Shown: positions 21,160 to 31,602 of the stretch, one piece after another
How positions within the stretch are numbered: position 1 is the first letter of the stretch
Layout: every line of letters begins with the position of its first letter
Assembly (NCBI GenBank): GCA_963815195.1
Contig: CAWFGE010000023.1
Coordinates: 576,001-640,000, forward strand
From: an uncultured Planctomycetaceae bacterium
GTDB taxonomy: Bacteria; Planctomycetota; Planctomycetia; Planctomycetales; Planctomycetaceae
Reading direction: 5' to 3'
DNA: 64,000 nt
The notes under the pieces: model-generated
What the model was told of the DNA's origin: nothing
The model's input: the letters and a program-made list of their open reading frames with translations, nothing else
Databases searched by the model: none
Program-made: the position numbers and the translations under genes

Positions 21160-22227
21160 GCCATCTCCTCCGAGTACTTATTGACCGCGTCGAGGTCCAC
21201 CTCGATGCCCAGCCCGGGTCCGCGGGGCAGTTTCGCGAAGCCATCCTCCACCACTTCCACCGAACCGCCGGTAATCGCCGCCCTCATCTCCCGATCCCGA
21301 TCACTCGACGGAAACGGGATCTGCTGGATGAAGAAGTTCGGGATGCTCGCCGCGAGTTGCAGCGCCGCGGCGGTCGCCACCGGCCCGCCGTCATGGAACG
21401 GAGCCACCGCCGTGTAATAGGTTTCCGCCATCGCCGCCAAACGCCGGATACCCATGATTCCATGCAGAACGATGTCCGGGCGCAAAATATCGATCAGCCC
21501 TTCGCGCAGCAGGTCTTGAAAGGGGCCGCCATCGGTGAATTCACGGCCAAACCCGAGCGGCGCCACACTCTCCTCGGAGATCTTTCGGATCGTCGCCATG
21601 TTGGAAACCTCGCAAGGCTCATCGATCCAAAGCGGGTGCATCCGCTCGATGGCCGCCGCCACGTTGGCCGCCTGCCCGGGGGTGAGCGCCGCCGCCGCAT
21701 CGAGGACGAAATCGTGTCCGCTCCCGGCGGCGGTTCGCAGCGACTCCAGCCGGGCTTGCAGCTGACTTGACGAACGCGTCCTGCCGCATAATCTCAGTTT
21801 TGATTTCAGGCAGCGGAACCGCGAACGCCCTATAGCCGGCCGCCATGCCGCTCCGCATTTCCGCTTCGAGAGCCGATTCCGTCGCGCCGCCGATCCGCGC
21901 CAACGCCCGCGCCTTGTTCCGCGTCGGCCCGCCCAATAGCTGGTAAACGGGCACTCCGGCAATCTTGGCGCTGATGTCGAGCAGCGCCATATCCACCGCG
22001 GCCCTCACCCGGGGCTGTGCCGCCAATTCCTTTCGAATCGGTTCGATCGCCGTCGCCGGTTTCTCCAGGATCGAGATCCCCTGCATTTCGGATTGCGGAA
22101 CTGGCCCGCATTCGCCAAAACCGGTGACGCCGGTGTTGGTCTCGATTCGCAGCAACGTATAGGCGCGTTGCGAGTCCGGTTCGCGAACCCGCCGCCAGTC
22201 GATACTCCGCACAATGGGATCAGCCAT
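21156..22227 (-). CDS. mandelate racemase/DgoD-like protein with degenerate active site; 1 frameshift
   Basis: GVTGFGE, DMALLDISAK..GVPVYQLLGGPTR, WIDEPC, IPNFFIQQ, PGLGIEVD; join near 21765. Confidence 0.8.
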
Positions 22228-22270
22228 AGTGCATCCAATATACCGCCTCAGTCTGTGATAAATTAGCGCC

Positions 22271-23269
22271 GTGATGCGCACACAGAATTGTTTCGTTGCC
22301 GCTGTACTCCTGACATTGGGCGCGTGTTCTTCGGAACCTCCAGCCCCCACCGTCGACGCCGCCGATTTCAACGCCGCCTGGGACATCGCCGCCCCGGTGA
22401 GCCCGGGCGCGTGGTGGCTCAAGGTAGAAGGCGCCGGGACGCCAAACATGACCGGTGAAATGGTCGGGCCTCCCGGCGGCGGGATGTACGAACCGGACGA
22501 GATGTCGGTCGTCGACGGCGAGCTGGTCTACACATTCAAAGACTACAAGTACAGCCTTCCCGGCGAGGACCTACCCTGGCCGGACCGCCCGCTTCGTAGC
22601 GCCACCTACCGGGCGAAGCTCGTCGACGGGGAACTCCATGGTTCGATGGAGATCGACGGCCATCCCGAGACGCGGGTCGAATGGATAGGGGAACGTGCGC
22701 CGGTCATCGCCGACAAGGACGACGGGACATGGAAGGAGGGCGAAACCATTGAATTGTTCAACGGGAAGAATCTCGATGGCTGGAAAGCGCTCCACCCGGA
22801 GAGAGGCATGAAGTGGACGGTCAAGGACGGCATCCTGATGAACGACCCGCCCACCAGCGACATCGTCAGCGATCAGAAATTCTGGAACTTCAAGCTACAC
22901 GCCGAATACCGTCTCTATGAGAATTCGAACAGCGGCATCGGCCTCCGTGGCCGTTACGAGGTGCAGATCGCCGAGGATTACGGCAAACCGCCGAACAAGC
23001 AGGGCCACGGCGCCATCTACTACCGCATCGTCCCTACCTCGAACCCATCCAAACCGGCGGGAGAATGGCAGACCATGGACGTCACGCTCATCGGACGGGA
23101 CGTGACGGTGGTTTTGAACGGCGAGACAATCATCGACAAGAAAGAAATCGAAGGCCTCACCGCCATGGGCCACGATCCCAACGAAGCCGAACCGGGCCCG
23201 ATCTCCGTCCAGGGCGACCACACCCGAATCGACATCCGGAAGTTCACCGTTACGCCTTTGACGCACTAG
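22271..23269 (+). CDS. DUF1080 (3-keto-disaccharide hydrolase-like) lipoprotein
   Basis: lipobox LGAC, LFNGKNLDGW, NSGIGLRGRYEVQI, GEWQT, GPISVQGDH. Confidence 0.88.
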   Translation: MMRTQNCFVAAVLLTLGACSSEPPAPTVDAADFNAAWDIAAPVSPGAWWLKVEGAGTPNMTGEMVGPPGGGMYEPDEMSVVDGELVYTFKDYKYSLPGEDLPWPDRPLRSATYRAKLVDGELHGSMEIDGHPETRVEWIGERAPVIADKDDGTWKEGETIELFNGKNLDGWKALHPERGMKWTVKDGILMNDPPTSDIVSDQKFWNFKLHAEYRLYENSNSGIGLRGRYEVQIAEDYGKPPNKQGHGAIYYRIVPTSNPSKPAGEWQTMDVTLIGRDVTVVLNGETIIDKKEIEGLTAMGHDPNEAEPGPISVQGDHTRIDIRKFTVTPLTH

Positions 23270-23307
23270 CCGGGAGAGCCTCCGGCTCCTTCAGGCACAA
23301 TAGCTAC

Positions 23308-24865
23308 TTGGGAGCTGAAGTCGATCTGTATGCGCTGTTGAAACAGCACTGGGGGTACGATAGCTTTCGCCGCCGGCAGGAGGAGATTGTGCGGGGGCTG
23401 GTGGCGGGCCGCGACATTGTGGCAGTCATGCCGACCGGGGGCGGAAAATCGCTCTGCTACCAACTGGCCGCGCTGGTTCTCGATGGGACGGCGATTGTCA
23501 TCTCGCCGCTGATCGCCTTGATGCAGGACCAGGTGGCGCAACTGGAGGAGATGGGCATTCCCGCGGCGATGTTGAACTCGTCGATGGAATACGCGGACCA
23601 GCGGAGGGTCATGCAGGCTGCGCGGGAAGGGCGCTACCGGCTCCTCTATCTTTCGCCGGAACGGCTGGCCCGCGAGGACACCGTGGGCTGGCTTCAAAAT
23701 CTGCCGCTGTCGTTTTTCGCTATCGACGAGGCGCACTGCATCTCGGAATGGGGGCACGAGTTTCGCCCCGAATACCGACGCCTCGGTCTTTTGCGGGAAA
23801 CCTTTCCCGGCAAGCCCCTGGCCGCGTTTACCGCCAGCGCTACCCGGCGGGTCCGCCGCGATATCGTCAGCCAGTTGGCACTGCGTGAACCGGGCAAATT
23901 TGTGCTGAGCTTCCACCGGCCGAACTTGAGGCTTCTGGTTCGCAATACAAACGCCGCGACCCAGGAAGCGTTGCTGCTCTCGGCCATGCAGGAGCACGAA
24001 GGGGAGAACGTCATCATCTACTCGCCCACGATTGCTCGCGTTGAGGAAACCGCCGCCTTGCTCCAGTGCAAAGGCATCGCCGCCGTCCCCTACCATGGCA
24101 AGATGGACGGCGAGACCCGCCAGCGGAACCAGGTCCGGTGGATGTCAGACGAAGTGCGGGTGCTGGTCGGAACGATCGCCTTTGGGCTCGGTATCAACAA
24201 GCCGTCAGTGCGCGCCGTGATCCACCTTTCGCTGCCGAAATCGTTGGAGCAGTTTTATCAGGAGGCCGGCCGCGCGGGCCGCGATGGGGAACCTTCGGAT
24301 TGCCTCCTGCTTTGGCAGAATCGGGATACCGCTCTCCTGGCCCATTTCATTGGAGAAATCCAGGATCTCGACGAACGCAGCCGCGCCTGGGAGCGTTACC
24401 GGATCATGCGCCGCTTCGTCGAAGAGGACCGCTGCCGCCACCGGCAGATCTGCTCTCACTTCGGCCAGAGCACCTCATGGGACAACTGCGGCGCATGTGA
24501 TGTCTGCGGCCAATCTCCCAAATGGTTCCTTCAGCCCGATGTCGCCTTGGCTAAGCGCAAGAGAGCGCGCCGCAAGACCGCAGCCGAGCCGAAGAAGGCG
24601 GCCCCCCTCTATTGTCAAGTTGCCCGAGTCCGACCAGCGGCTACTGAATCATCTCCGCGAATGGCGGCGAAAGCTGGCGCAAACGAATAACATTCCCGCT
24701 TACGTGATCCTTCACGACGCGAGCATGGCCGATCTGTGTGTTCGACGTCCTCGGACGCCGGAGGAATTGCTTGACGTCCACGGGATAGGTCCAAGCAAGC
24801 TGGAGCGCTATGGGGAAGTTCTGCTGGCGGCTATTCGCGAATTTGAGGAGCGGAGGGAATCGTAG
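23308..24865 (+). CDS. recQ: ATP-dependent DNA helicase RecQ with HRDC; 1 frameshift
   Basis: MPTGGGKSLCYQ, DEAHCISEWGHEFRP, YQEAGRAGRDG, CRH..CGACDVC, HRDC IPAYVILHD..GIGPSKLERYG; join near 24605. Confidence 0.92.
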
Positions 24866-24872
24866 TGGCGGG

Positions 24873-24960
24873 AACACTCTTTGGCGGTCGCGGCTTCCAT
24901 CTCAGCAACCTACCGCAAATGCGTGGGTCAATATCTGAGCCGCGCCCGTCAGCAAGCGGT
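24873..24960. repeat. inverted REP-like doublet (GAGCCGCG.CCGTCAG..AGCGGT family)
   Basis: GAGCCGCGCCCGTCAGCAAGCGGT at 24937-24960 with a degenerate inverted partner at 24873-24896; related copies at 48203 and 58474. Confidence 0.6.
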
Positions 24961-24992
24961 CGGCGTTCTTCCGCACCCTGCCAGGCGAGCGC

Positions 24993-26087
24993 CTACTGCA
25001 ACTTCCCCCGCGCCGCCACCGGCCACTCCTCTACGACAGCGTCACCGCGCAAGCCATAGGCCCGTTCATGGAGGTTCACCGCCACGCAGATGTGATTCGG
25101 AATGACGCGTATGCGGTCCCCGATGCGGAACTTGCGAGGCGAAGCGGCGAGATCCACGTAGCCGTGTTCTTCATTCATCTTGAACAGGCGCGCTTCGGGG
25201 GCTTCGACGATATGGCCGAAGTAAGCGTCGCCACCGGTGACCAGACGATCCGAGAAGAAGGCCTTCGAACCGCCGTCGACCATCATGCCGTTCTGCCGGG
25301 CGGTGGAAACCACGGTGGTCAGGATTGAGGCGGCGCAATCGTCCAGTTTGCAGGCCCCGCAAGCTACGCAATTCCGGTCGTTGAAAATATAGGTGCCAGG
25401 CCGGATCTCATTCATGCCCTTGATCCGGTGGGAATGAAACAGGGTAGGTGTTGAGCCACCACTGACAACGGGAGCGGGGAGGCCGTCGCGCGAGAAATCC
25501 TCCTTGACGCCTTCGACCAATTCGGAGAGCTTCTCTAACGCAGCGAACCCTTCTTCCCCCAAAGCCTTTATGTGGCCCGGATAGAAGGCAAAGCCTACCA
25601 GTTCAAGACCGGGCATGCCAGAAATCGTTCTGGCGAGATCCAGAATGGCGCGCCCCGGCTGCACCCCCGTCCGGCCGGTCCCGGCGTCGATCTCGGCTAG
25701 CACACGAATTTTCAGGCCCGCCGCGGCGGCCGCGGAAGAGAGTTGGCGGGCGGCCTCCACACTATCGAGCGCCACTGTCACACGGGTGCGTCTTGCGACG
25801 GCCACCAGCCGCTCCAGCTTCCTGGCTCCGATCACCGGGTAAGCGAGTAGCAGATCGTCCGGCGAGGCGTCGAGCATCACCTCCGCCTCACTGACTTTAG
25901 CCACGGTGATGCCGGTGGCCCCCGACGCCAACTGGCGCCGGGCCAGCAGCGGACTCTTGTGCGTCTTGGTGTGCGGACGCAACCGCAAGCCGTGTTCCTG
26001 GGCGTAGGCCGCGACCCTGCTGAGGTTGCGTTCCATGATGTCGAGGTCAATGAGGAGGGCTGGGGTGTCAAGCTCTGAGACGTGCAT
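24993..26087 (-). CDS. fold-type III PLP enzyme, D-threonine aldolase/DSD1 family
   Basis: LDTPALLID, LRPHTKTHK, GRTGV, YPGH, SGGSTPT, EIRPGTYIFND, DGGSK, EEHG, IPNHIC. Confidence 0.9.
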   Translation of the reverse strand: MHVSELDTPALLIDLDIMERNLSRVAAYAQEHGLRLRPHTKTHKSPLLARRQLASGATGITVAKVSEAEVMLDASPDDLLLAYPVIGARKLERLVAVARRTRVTVALDSVEAARQLSSAAAAAGLKIRVLAEIDAGTGRTGVQPGRAILDLARTISGMPGLELVGFAFYPGHIKALGEEGFAALEKLSELVEGVKEDFSRDGLPAPVVSGGSTPTLFHSHRIKGMNEIRPGTYIFNDRNCVACGACKLDDCAASILTTVVSTARQNGMMVDGGSKAFFSDRLVTGGDAYFGHIVEAPEARLFKMNEEHGYVDLAASPRKFRIGDRIRVIPNHICVAVNLHERAYGLRGDAVVEEWPVAARGKLQ

Positions 26088-26094
26088 GAGGGCT

Positions 26095-26769
26095 CTACTC
26101 GGGCTGCCGGAACTGGAGGTCGATCTTACCACCTTCCCCGGTATAGTGGAGCCAGATCTGTTTCGGCTTGTGCTTGCCTTCGAGGGGATAGAATAGCAGG
26201 CCAGTTTCCGGACCGGAGATTTCACCCTCCTTCAATTGGGTTTCCCGCAGTTTCTCTAGCAGCTCATTCTTCGAGTCGTCACTCTTGCCAGAGGCCTGCG
26301 AACCTCCGATCCGTTCGACGCTGCCGGCGTTGCCGACTCCGCCGCCGTCGCCCGGTAGTCTTGACGGCATCGTTCCGCCCATGCCGCCCCACACCGATCC
26401 GTTCTCCTGCCGGTGGACACCCCCGCCCTCAGTTGTGTAAACGAGCGTCAGAACGCTTCCGCTCGCAATCTGCCCGGGATCATAAGGCTCCGACTTCTGG
26501 CCGTCTTTGTCGGAGCGAATTATGAAATCGTCGCGCCAGAGCTTCATCGGCTCGGAGCCCTTGGGCGTGACGGTTATCTCGACGGCTACAATGCCTTTCT
26601 CTAACTCCTCGCCGAGCAATTGCTGGACCGCCTCATGCTCTTTGAAAAGCTTCGCCTCAACAGCGAAGAGCTTGTTATCACCATGTGCCACCGGGGTTCC
26701 CTTGTCACCTGCAAGGGCAGCGCAGCACAAGAGAATTCCGGCCCCGAGAATCCGGCGAAGCATGACCAT
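26095..26769 (-). CDS. secreted hypothetical protein
   Basis: signal peptide MLRRILGAGILLCCAALA, Gly-rich middle, GLLFYP C-terminus; SD present. Confidence 0.7.
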   Translation of the reverse strand: MVMLRRILGAGILLCCAALAGDKGTPVAHGDNKLFAVEAKLFKEHEAVQQLLGEELEKGIVAVEITVTPKGSEPMKLWRDDFIIRSDKDGQKSEPYDPGQIASGSVLTLVYTTEGGGVHRQENGSVWGGMGGTMPSRLPGDGGGVGNAGSVERIGGSQASGKSDDSKNELLEKLRETQLKEGEISGPETGLLFYPLEGKHKPKQIWLHYTGEGGKIDLQFRQPE

Positions 26770-26793
26770 CCCTTCTACCTCTAATTGTACAGT

Positions 26794-27183
26794 CTAATCT
26801 GCTTTGTTCCTGATCGAATCGAGCAGACCCGCGAACGGCTTGTGCGTCGAAGCCGGCTCCGGGCGGCGGCTGGGCGCGTCCTCCCGACTGTACTCATCCG
26901 CCACCAGATTCCGGGAATGCTCGTTGTCGTGGCAATAGATGCAAAGCAATTCCCAGTTGCTGCCATCGGGTGGGTTGTTGTCGTGATTGTGATCCTTGTG
27001 ATGAACCGTGAGCTCACGCAGTTTCTTGCCAGAGAACTCGCGTCCACAATGCCCGCAAACCCACGGGAGAAGCTTCAGCGCCCTCTCCCGGTAGCCCTTC
27101 TCGCGCAGTTCCCGATCACGCCGGGCTTCATTGACTATGTTGCCCGGCCCATTGAATGGCGGTCTGGTCTTCCCGGATGACAT
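26794..27183 (-). CDS. yajD: YajD family HNH nuclease
   Basis: GYRERALKLLPWVCGHCGREF..LRELTVHHKDHNHDNNPPDGSNWELLCIYCHDNEH. Confidence 0.9.
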   Translation of the reverse strand: MSSGKTRPPFNGPGNIVNEARRDRELREKGYRERALKLLPWVCGHCGREFSGKKLRELTVHHKDHNHDNNPPDGSNWELLCIYCHDNEHSRNLVADEYSREDAPSRRPEPASTHKPFAGLLDSIRNKAD

Positions 27184-27247
27184 ACGCCTCTCTCAACTAA
27201 TGTCAATTGTACAGCAGCAGGCGCTCGTTCACCGTTCCTCTCGTTCA

Positions 27248-27313
27248 GAAGGGGACCAAATCCCGGGCCAAAACCCGGGACAAACCCGGGACAGGAACCC
27301 CATTCCCCTTTTC
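27248..27313 (+). repeat. left repeat array of the RAYT locus
   Basis: AAATCCCGGGCC AAAACCCGGGAC AAACCCGGGAC AGGAACCCCATTCCCCTTTTC; 27282-27313 is a perfect inverted copy of 28128-28159. Confidence 0.9.
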
Positions 27314-27340
27314 GCTCTCCGCCCGCACGACGACCCGGCT

Positions 27341-28053
27341 CTACCCGCCGGACGCAGTTCGGGCGCCTGCCACCGGCGGAGGGCAAGCCTTTTTTGGTCG
27401 TCCGGCCGGACGCGGCCGGAGCGCCAATCCAAGTTCGAGTTCCAGTCGCTCCACATAGCTTTCCGAACCGAACGGCCTCCCTCTCGCGGTAGCCTCCCGG
27501 AACCGTTGCCGCTGCTCTTCTTCCATCACGCTCGACGCCAGTACCTCGCGCCATCTGGCTGGCGTGTATTCCGACCGCCACATCCCGAGATCCAGCCGCC
27601 CCGACGGATCCTCCCCGCGCAGATGCGCTTCCGCGGAAGACCATCGGTATTCGTCCGCCGAGCGCACCACGCCAGCCCGCTGGGGGTTCTGCTCCACATA
27701 CGCCATCGCCACCAGCGCGTGGTGAAATTCCATCGCGCACGAGTAAAAGCGCTCCTGCCAGAGATGGCCGCAGCCGTCGCGCCGAAAATTGACCGCGCGT
27801 GCGTAGTCGGCGTGCAAGCGGCCGAACACCTTTGCCATGCTCTGCCGCTCCTCCGGAACGCCCACCACGTGGACGTGATTCCTCATCAGGCAATAGGACC
27901 ACACCCGCAGATGGTATCGATCAGCGTAGACAAACAGACGGTCCAGGTACGCCTGCCGGTCTTCGTCACAGTAGAAGACCGCCTGACGGTTGTTGCCGCG
28001 CTGCGTGATGTGGTGCGGCTGGCCGGGGAGGACCACTCTCGCTTTACGGGCAT
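27341..28053 (-). mobile_element. REP-associated tyrosine transposase (RAYT, Y1 HUH family); 1-bp deletion just after the start
   Basis: MP(R)KARVVLPGQPHHITQRGNNRQ, YCLMRNHVH (HUH), GHLWQERF, AYVEQNP (catalytic Tyr), YRWSS, C-terminal GRPKK; AGGAG SD. Confidence 0.92.
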
Positions 28054-28108
28054 CTCTCCTATCCAGTGGCGCAGGCGTAAGAGAACTCTCACTGAAAACC
28101 ACCCCGGC

Positions 28109-28205
28109 GGTTCCTGTCCCGGGTTTTGAAAAGGGGAATGGGGTTCCTGTCCCGGGTTTTGCCGGGTTTTGTCCGTGCCGGGTTTTGTCCCGTGTTCCGG
28201 GTTTT
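28109..28205 (-). repeat. right repeat array of the RAYT locus
   Basis: minus strand: five AAAACCCGG units, including one full 33-nt unit and a second copy truncated after AGGAACC. Confidence 0.9.
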
Positions 28206-28832
28206 AGTCGAAGCTGCTGCGGAAATGGTCGAACTGGCTTCGCAGTTCGGCGAGTTCTTCTTCGAGTTTGGCAACGCGCTCCGCGAGGGGGGATGGTTGA
28301 GCGGACATCGGAGCGGCCGGCTCGGTGGCTGTCCACTTCGCCGCTTAGCAGGTGGGCGAAGCGCGGTTCTTTTTCACCCGGACGGCGGGGGAGGCGGCGT
28401 GACCAGCGGCGGTTCCCGTCCGGCCAGACGCTCGAGGGTGGATTCCACGGAAGCCAGATCGTCGAATTCATAGAGGCGTTCGGTTCGTCCGCGCACCTCG
28501 CCCACTGTTTGCGGTCCCCGGAGCAGCAGGGCGCAGATGACGGCCTGCTCACGGCGGTCGAAGTCGAAGACCTCCCCCGCGCGGTGTCCGTACTTGTGTA
28601 CACGGTGTCCGGCGCCGCTTATATCCCGTCCGAGGCCCTTGGCGCGGAGGCTCTCGATAGCGGCCGCGATTTCGTCTTCGTCGAGCGACATCACCGGATC
28701 GCGGTTCGATTTCTGGTTGCAGGCCGCCCGCAACGCGTTCAAGGTGAGCGGGTAGTATTCGGGCGTCGCCGCTTCCTTTTCGATGAGCGAACCGAGGATG
28801 CGAACTTCGACGGGATCGAGCACTAGTTCCAT
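28204..28832 (-). CDS. YceH/DUF480 family protein; frameshifts near the C-terminus
   Basis: EVRILGSLIEKEAATPEYYPLTLNALRAACNQKSNRDPVM, LLLRGPQTVGE, KEPRFAHLLSG, coiled-coil tail ending SFD*. Confidence 0.88.
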
Positions 28833-28882
28833 AGGATCCATCCTGACAGAAACCGCTGGCGCTCGTCCTGTAGAATGGTCCA

Positions 28883-29125
28883 ATGGCTGAGAAGAAGAAG
28901 CCCTCGAAGAGCTTTGAGGAAGCGCTTGAGGAGCTTGAGGCGATGGTGAAGGAGCTCGAAAGCGGTGACCTTCCGCTCGAAACGGCCCTGGAGCGTTTCG
29001 AGAGAGGGGTGCGTCTGAGCGAGGATTGCCGGAAGGCGCTCGAAGAGGCCGAGCAGAAGGTCGAGATCCTCCTCAAGAAGAATGGCGAGGTGCAACCCGA
29101 ACCCTTCGAGCCGAACAACGGCTGA
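28883..29125 (+). CDS. xseB: exodeoxyribonuclease VII small subunit
   Basis: SFEEALEELEAMVKELESGDLPLETALERFERGVRL..C...LEEAEQKV. Confidence 0.95.
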   Translation: MAEKKKPSKSFEEALEELEAMVKELESGDLPLETALERFERGVRLSEDCRKALEEAEQKVEILLKKNGEVQPEPFEPNNG

Positions 29126-29134
29126 GCATCTCCG

Positions 29135-30019
29135 ATGAGCCTGCGCGAGTACCTTACCCAACAACGGCAGCGAGTGGATGCAGCCCTGGAGCGCTGGGCC
29201 CCGCACGAGTCGACCCCGCCCGGGACGATACACAAGGCGATGCGCTACAGCCTGTTCGCCGGGGAGAAGCGCATCCGTCCGGTCTTATGCATGGCGGCTG
29301 CGGAGATTGTTTCGGATGAGATCGACGGAGTCGAGGACGCGGCCTGTTCCCTGGAATTGATTCACACCTACTCTCTGATACACGATGACTTGCCCGCATT
29401 GGACAATGACGACCTGCGCCGTGGCCGGCCGACTTCGCACAAGGTTTTCGGCGACGCCATGGCGATTTTGGCAGGGGATTCGCTGCTTACGCTCGCTTTC
29501 CAGGTGCTGGCGCAGTTGCGAGGGGTGGACGCAGCGCGGAAATCCCGGTTGATTGAGGAGCTTGCCACCGCATCGGGAACCGTGGGTGGAATGATCGCAG
29601 GACAGGTGCACGATCTTGAGGGCGAGGGCCAGACTCCGGACGCCCGGCTGCTCGATACCATTCACCGGGCCAAGACCGGAGCGCTGTTGCGGGCCAGCCT
29701 GCGAATGGGCGCCATTTACGCCGCGCCACGGCTGAGCAGTACGCAGCGCTTTCGCGCTATGGTGAACATGCCGGGCTCGGCGTTTCAAATTGTCGATGAC
29801 CTGCTCGATGTGGAGCAATCGTCCGAGGAGTTCGGCAAGACCGCCGGTAAGGACGCCGCGCAGAAGAAAGTCACGTTCCCCGCCGTCTATGGGCTGGAGC
29901 GCTCCCGTGAGATGGCCGAGCAGGAGCGGGTTCGCTGCCATGAGGCGCTCTCGATCTTCGGCGGCCGGGCGCGGTGGTTGCGCGAATTGGCCGACCTGAT
30001 CGTGCAGCGGAAGAACTGA
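29135..30019 (+). CDS. ispA: farnesyl/geranylgeranyl diphosphate synthase; compensating indels at about 29720-29775
   Basis: KRIRP, HTYSLIHDDLPALDNDDLRRG (FARM), AILAGD, GQ..DL, KTG, FQIVDDLLD (SARM), GKTAGKD. Confidence 0.92.
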   Translation: MSLREYLTQQRQRVDAALERWAPHESTPPGTIHKAMRYSLFAGEKRIRPVLCMAAAEIVSDEIDGVEDAACSLELIHTYSLIHDDLPALDNDDLRRGRPTSHKVFGDAMAILAGDSLLTLAFQVLAQLRGVDAARKSRLIEELATASGTVGGMIAGQVHDLEGEGQTPDARLLDTIHRAKTGALLRASLRMGAIYAAPRLSSTQRFRAMVNMPGSAFQIVDDLLDVEQSSEEFGKTAGKDAAQKKVTFPAVYGLERSREMAEQERVRCHEALSIFGGRARWLRELADLIVQRKN

Positions 30020-30741
30020 TGGCGAAGCGGCGGATCGATCGGTTGCTGGTGGAACGCGGACTGGCCGAGTCGCGGGAAAAGGGACAGGCTCTCATTCTTG
30101 CCGGACAGGTTTTCGTGAATGGCCAGAAGGTGGATAAGGCTGGACACGCCGTTCCGGAGGATGCGGATGTCGTGGTCACAGCACAGCTGCCGTACGTCGG
30201 TCGCGGCGGTCTCAAGCTGGAGAAAGCGCTGGATCATTTCGGGGTTAACGCTACCGGCAAGGTCTGTCTCGATATTGGCGCTTCGACGGGCGGGTTCACG
30301 GACTGCCTCTTGCAGCGGGGCGCCGTCCGGGTTCACGCGGTCGACACCGGAGCGGGGCAGATCGCCTGGAAGCTGCGGACCAACGATCGGGTGACACTGC
30401 ATGAAAAAGTGAACGCCCGGCATCTGTGTTTCGAGGAGATCGGAGAACTTGCCGACTTGGCCGTGTGCGATGTCAGCTTCATTTCGGTGACACTGATACT
30501 GCCCGCCTTGCTTTCGGTGCTGAAAGAGAATGCGGAAATGGTTATACTCGTGAAACCCCAGTTTGAAGTGGGGCGCCGTCAGGTGGGCAAAGGGGGGATC
30601 GTTCGCGATCCCAATGCACCGCTCAGCGGTCGCGAAAGTCGAGGAAGCGGTCACAGCGCTCGGCTTCCGGTCTCGGTGATTGAAAGTCCGATTTTGGGGG
30701 CGGAAGGGAACCGGGAATTTCTGCTACATGCCAGCCGTTAA
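30019..30741 (+). CDS. tlyA: TlyA family RNA methyltransferase
   Basis: S4 domain RIDRLLVERGL, YVGRGGLKL, LDIGASTGGFTD, DVSFIS, LVKPQFE, SPILGAEGNREF. Confidence 0.93.
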   Translation: MAKRRIDRLLVERGLAESREKGQALILAGQVFVNGQKVDKAGHAVPEDADVVVTAQLPYVGRGGLKLEKALDHFGVNATGKVCLDIGASTGGFTDCLLQRGAVRVHAVDTGAGQIAWKLRTNDRVTLHEKVNARHLCFEEIGELADLAVCDVSFISVTLILPALLSVLKENAEMVILVKPQFEVGRRQVGKGGIVRDPNAPLSGRESRGSGHSARLPVSVIESPILGAEGNREFLLHASR

Positions 30742-31591
30742 GAAAGTCGCCATCATTTCAAAACCGGGAGCCGGCCGGGCCAAGGCCGTTCGTGAAGGCC
30801 CTGCTGCCGTGGCTTGCGGCTCGCGGCATCGAGGCCCGCTGCGATGAGGAGACGGCCGCCTATGTCGACGGCATGGAGGATATCCCCGGGTCGAGGCGCC
30901 GGATGGGCCGACATGATCATTTTGCTGGGCGGCGATGGCACGCTGCTTTCGGCGGTCCGGGCCATCGGCGATCGCGATGTGCCGCTGTTTGCCGTGAATC
31001 TTGGCGGATTGGGTTTTCTGACGGCCATTGCAGTGGAGAATCTGTACCCGGAGCTGGAACTGGCGCTGAACGGCGGGCAGGCGACGGGCCGGCGGCTATT
31101 GCTCCACTGCGAGTTGTGGCGGGAGGGGCGCTTGCGTTCCGCGTATGAGGCTCTGAACGACGTCGTATTCAACAAGGTCGACATCGCGCGGATGATCGAT
31201 ATCGAGGCGCTGGTGGACGATCAGATGGTTTGCGACTATCAAGGCCGACGGACTCATTGTCGCCACGCCCACCGGTTCGACGGCCTACTCGCTCTCGGCC
31301 GGCGGCCCGATCATCTTTCCCTCGGTCGAAGCGCTGGCTATCACGCCGATCTGTCCGCACACCCTTACCAATCGTCCGGTGATCGTGCCGCAAACCAGCG
31401 TGATTCGCTTGAATGTCAACGCGAAGGACGACGCGGCTTTTCTCACGATCGACGGCCAGGTCGGCGAACCGTTGAAGCACAGGGACGTGGTCGTCTGCCG
31501 GAGCTCGGACAGGGTAGTGCGCCTGGTCTCTCCGCCGCGATTGAAGTTCTTCGACGTTCTGCGTCAGAAGTTGAAGTGGGGCGAGAGGTAA
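30728..31591 (+). CDS. nadK: NAD(+) kinase; several frameshifts
   Basis: LGGDGTLL, VNLGGLGFLT, ALND, TPTGSTAYSLSAGGP (shifted frame), TIDGQ, LRQKLKWG. Confidence 0.9.
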
Positions 31592-31602
31592 CCGTCGGCG
31601 CG

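Noticed and set aside
26794..27183. HNH nuclease as RAYT cargo or defence system
   Set aside because: It lies outside the inverted repeats and matches the widespread stand-alone YajD family.
27248..28205. CRISPR array
   Set aside because: No constant repeat with unique 30-40 nt spacers and no cas genes.
27341..28603. 420-aa RAYT with N-terminal extension
   Set aside because: It is read-through across the repeat array and part of the DUF480 gene; the true start is the SD-preceded ATG at 28053.
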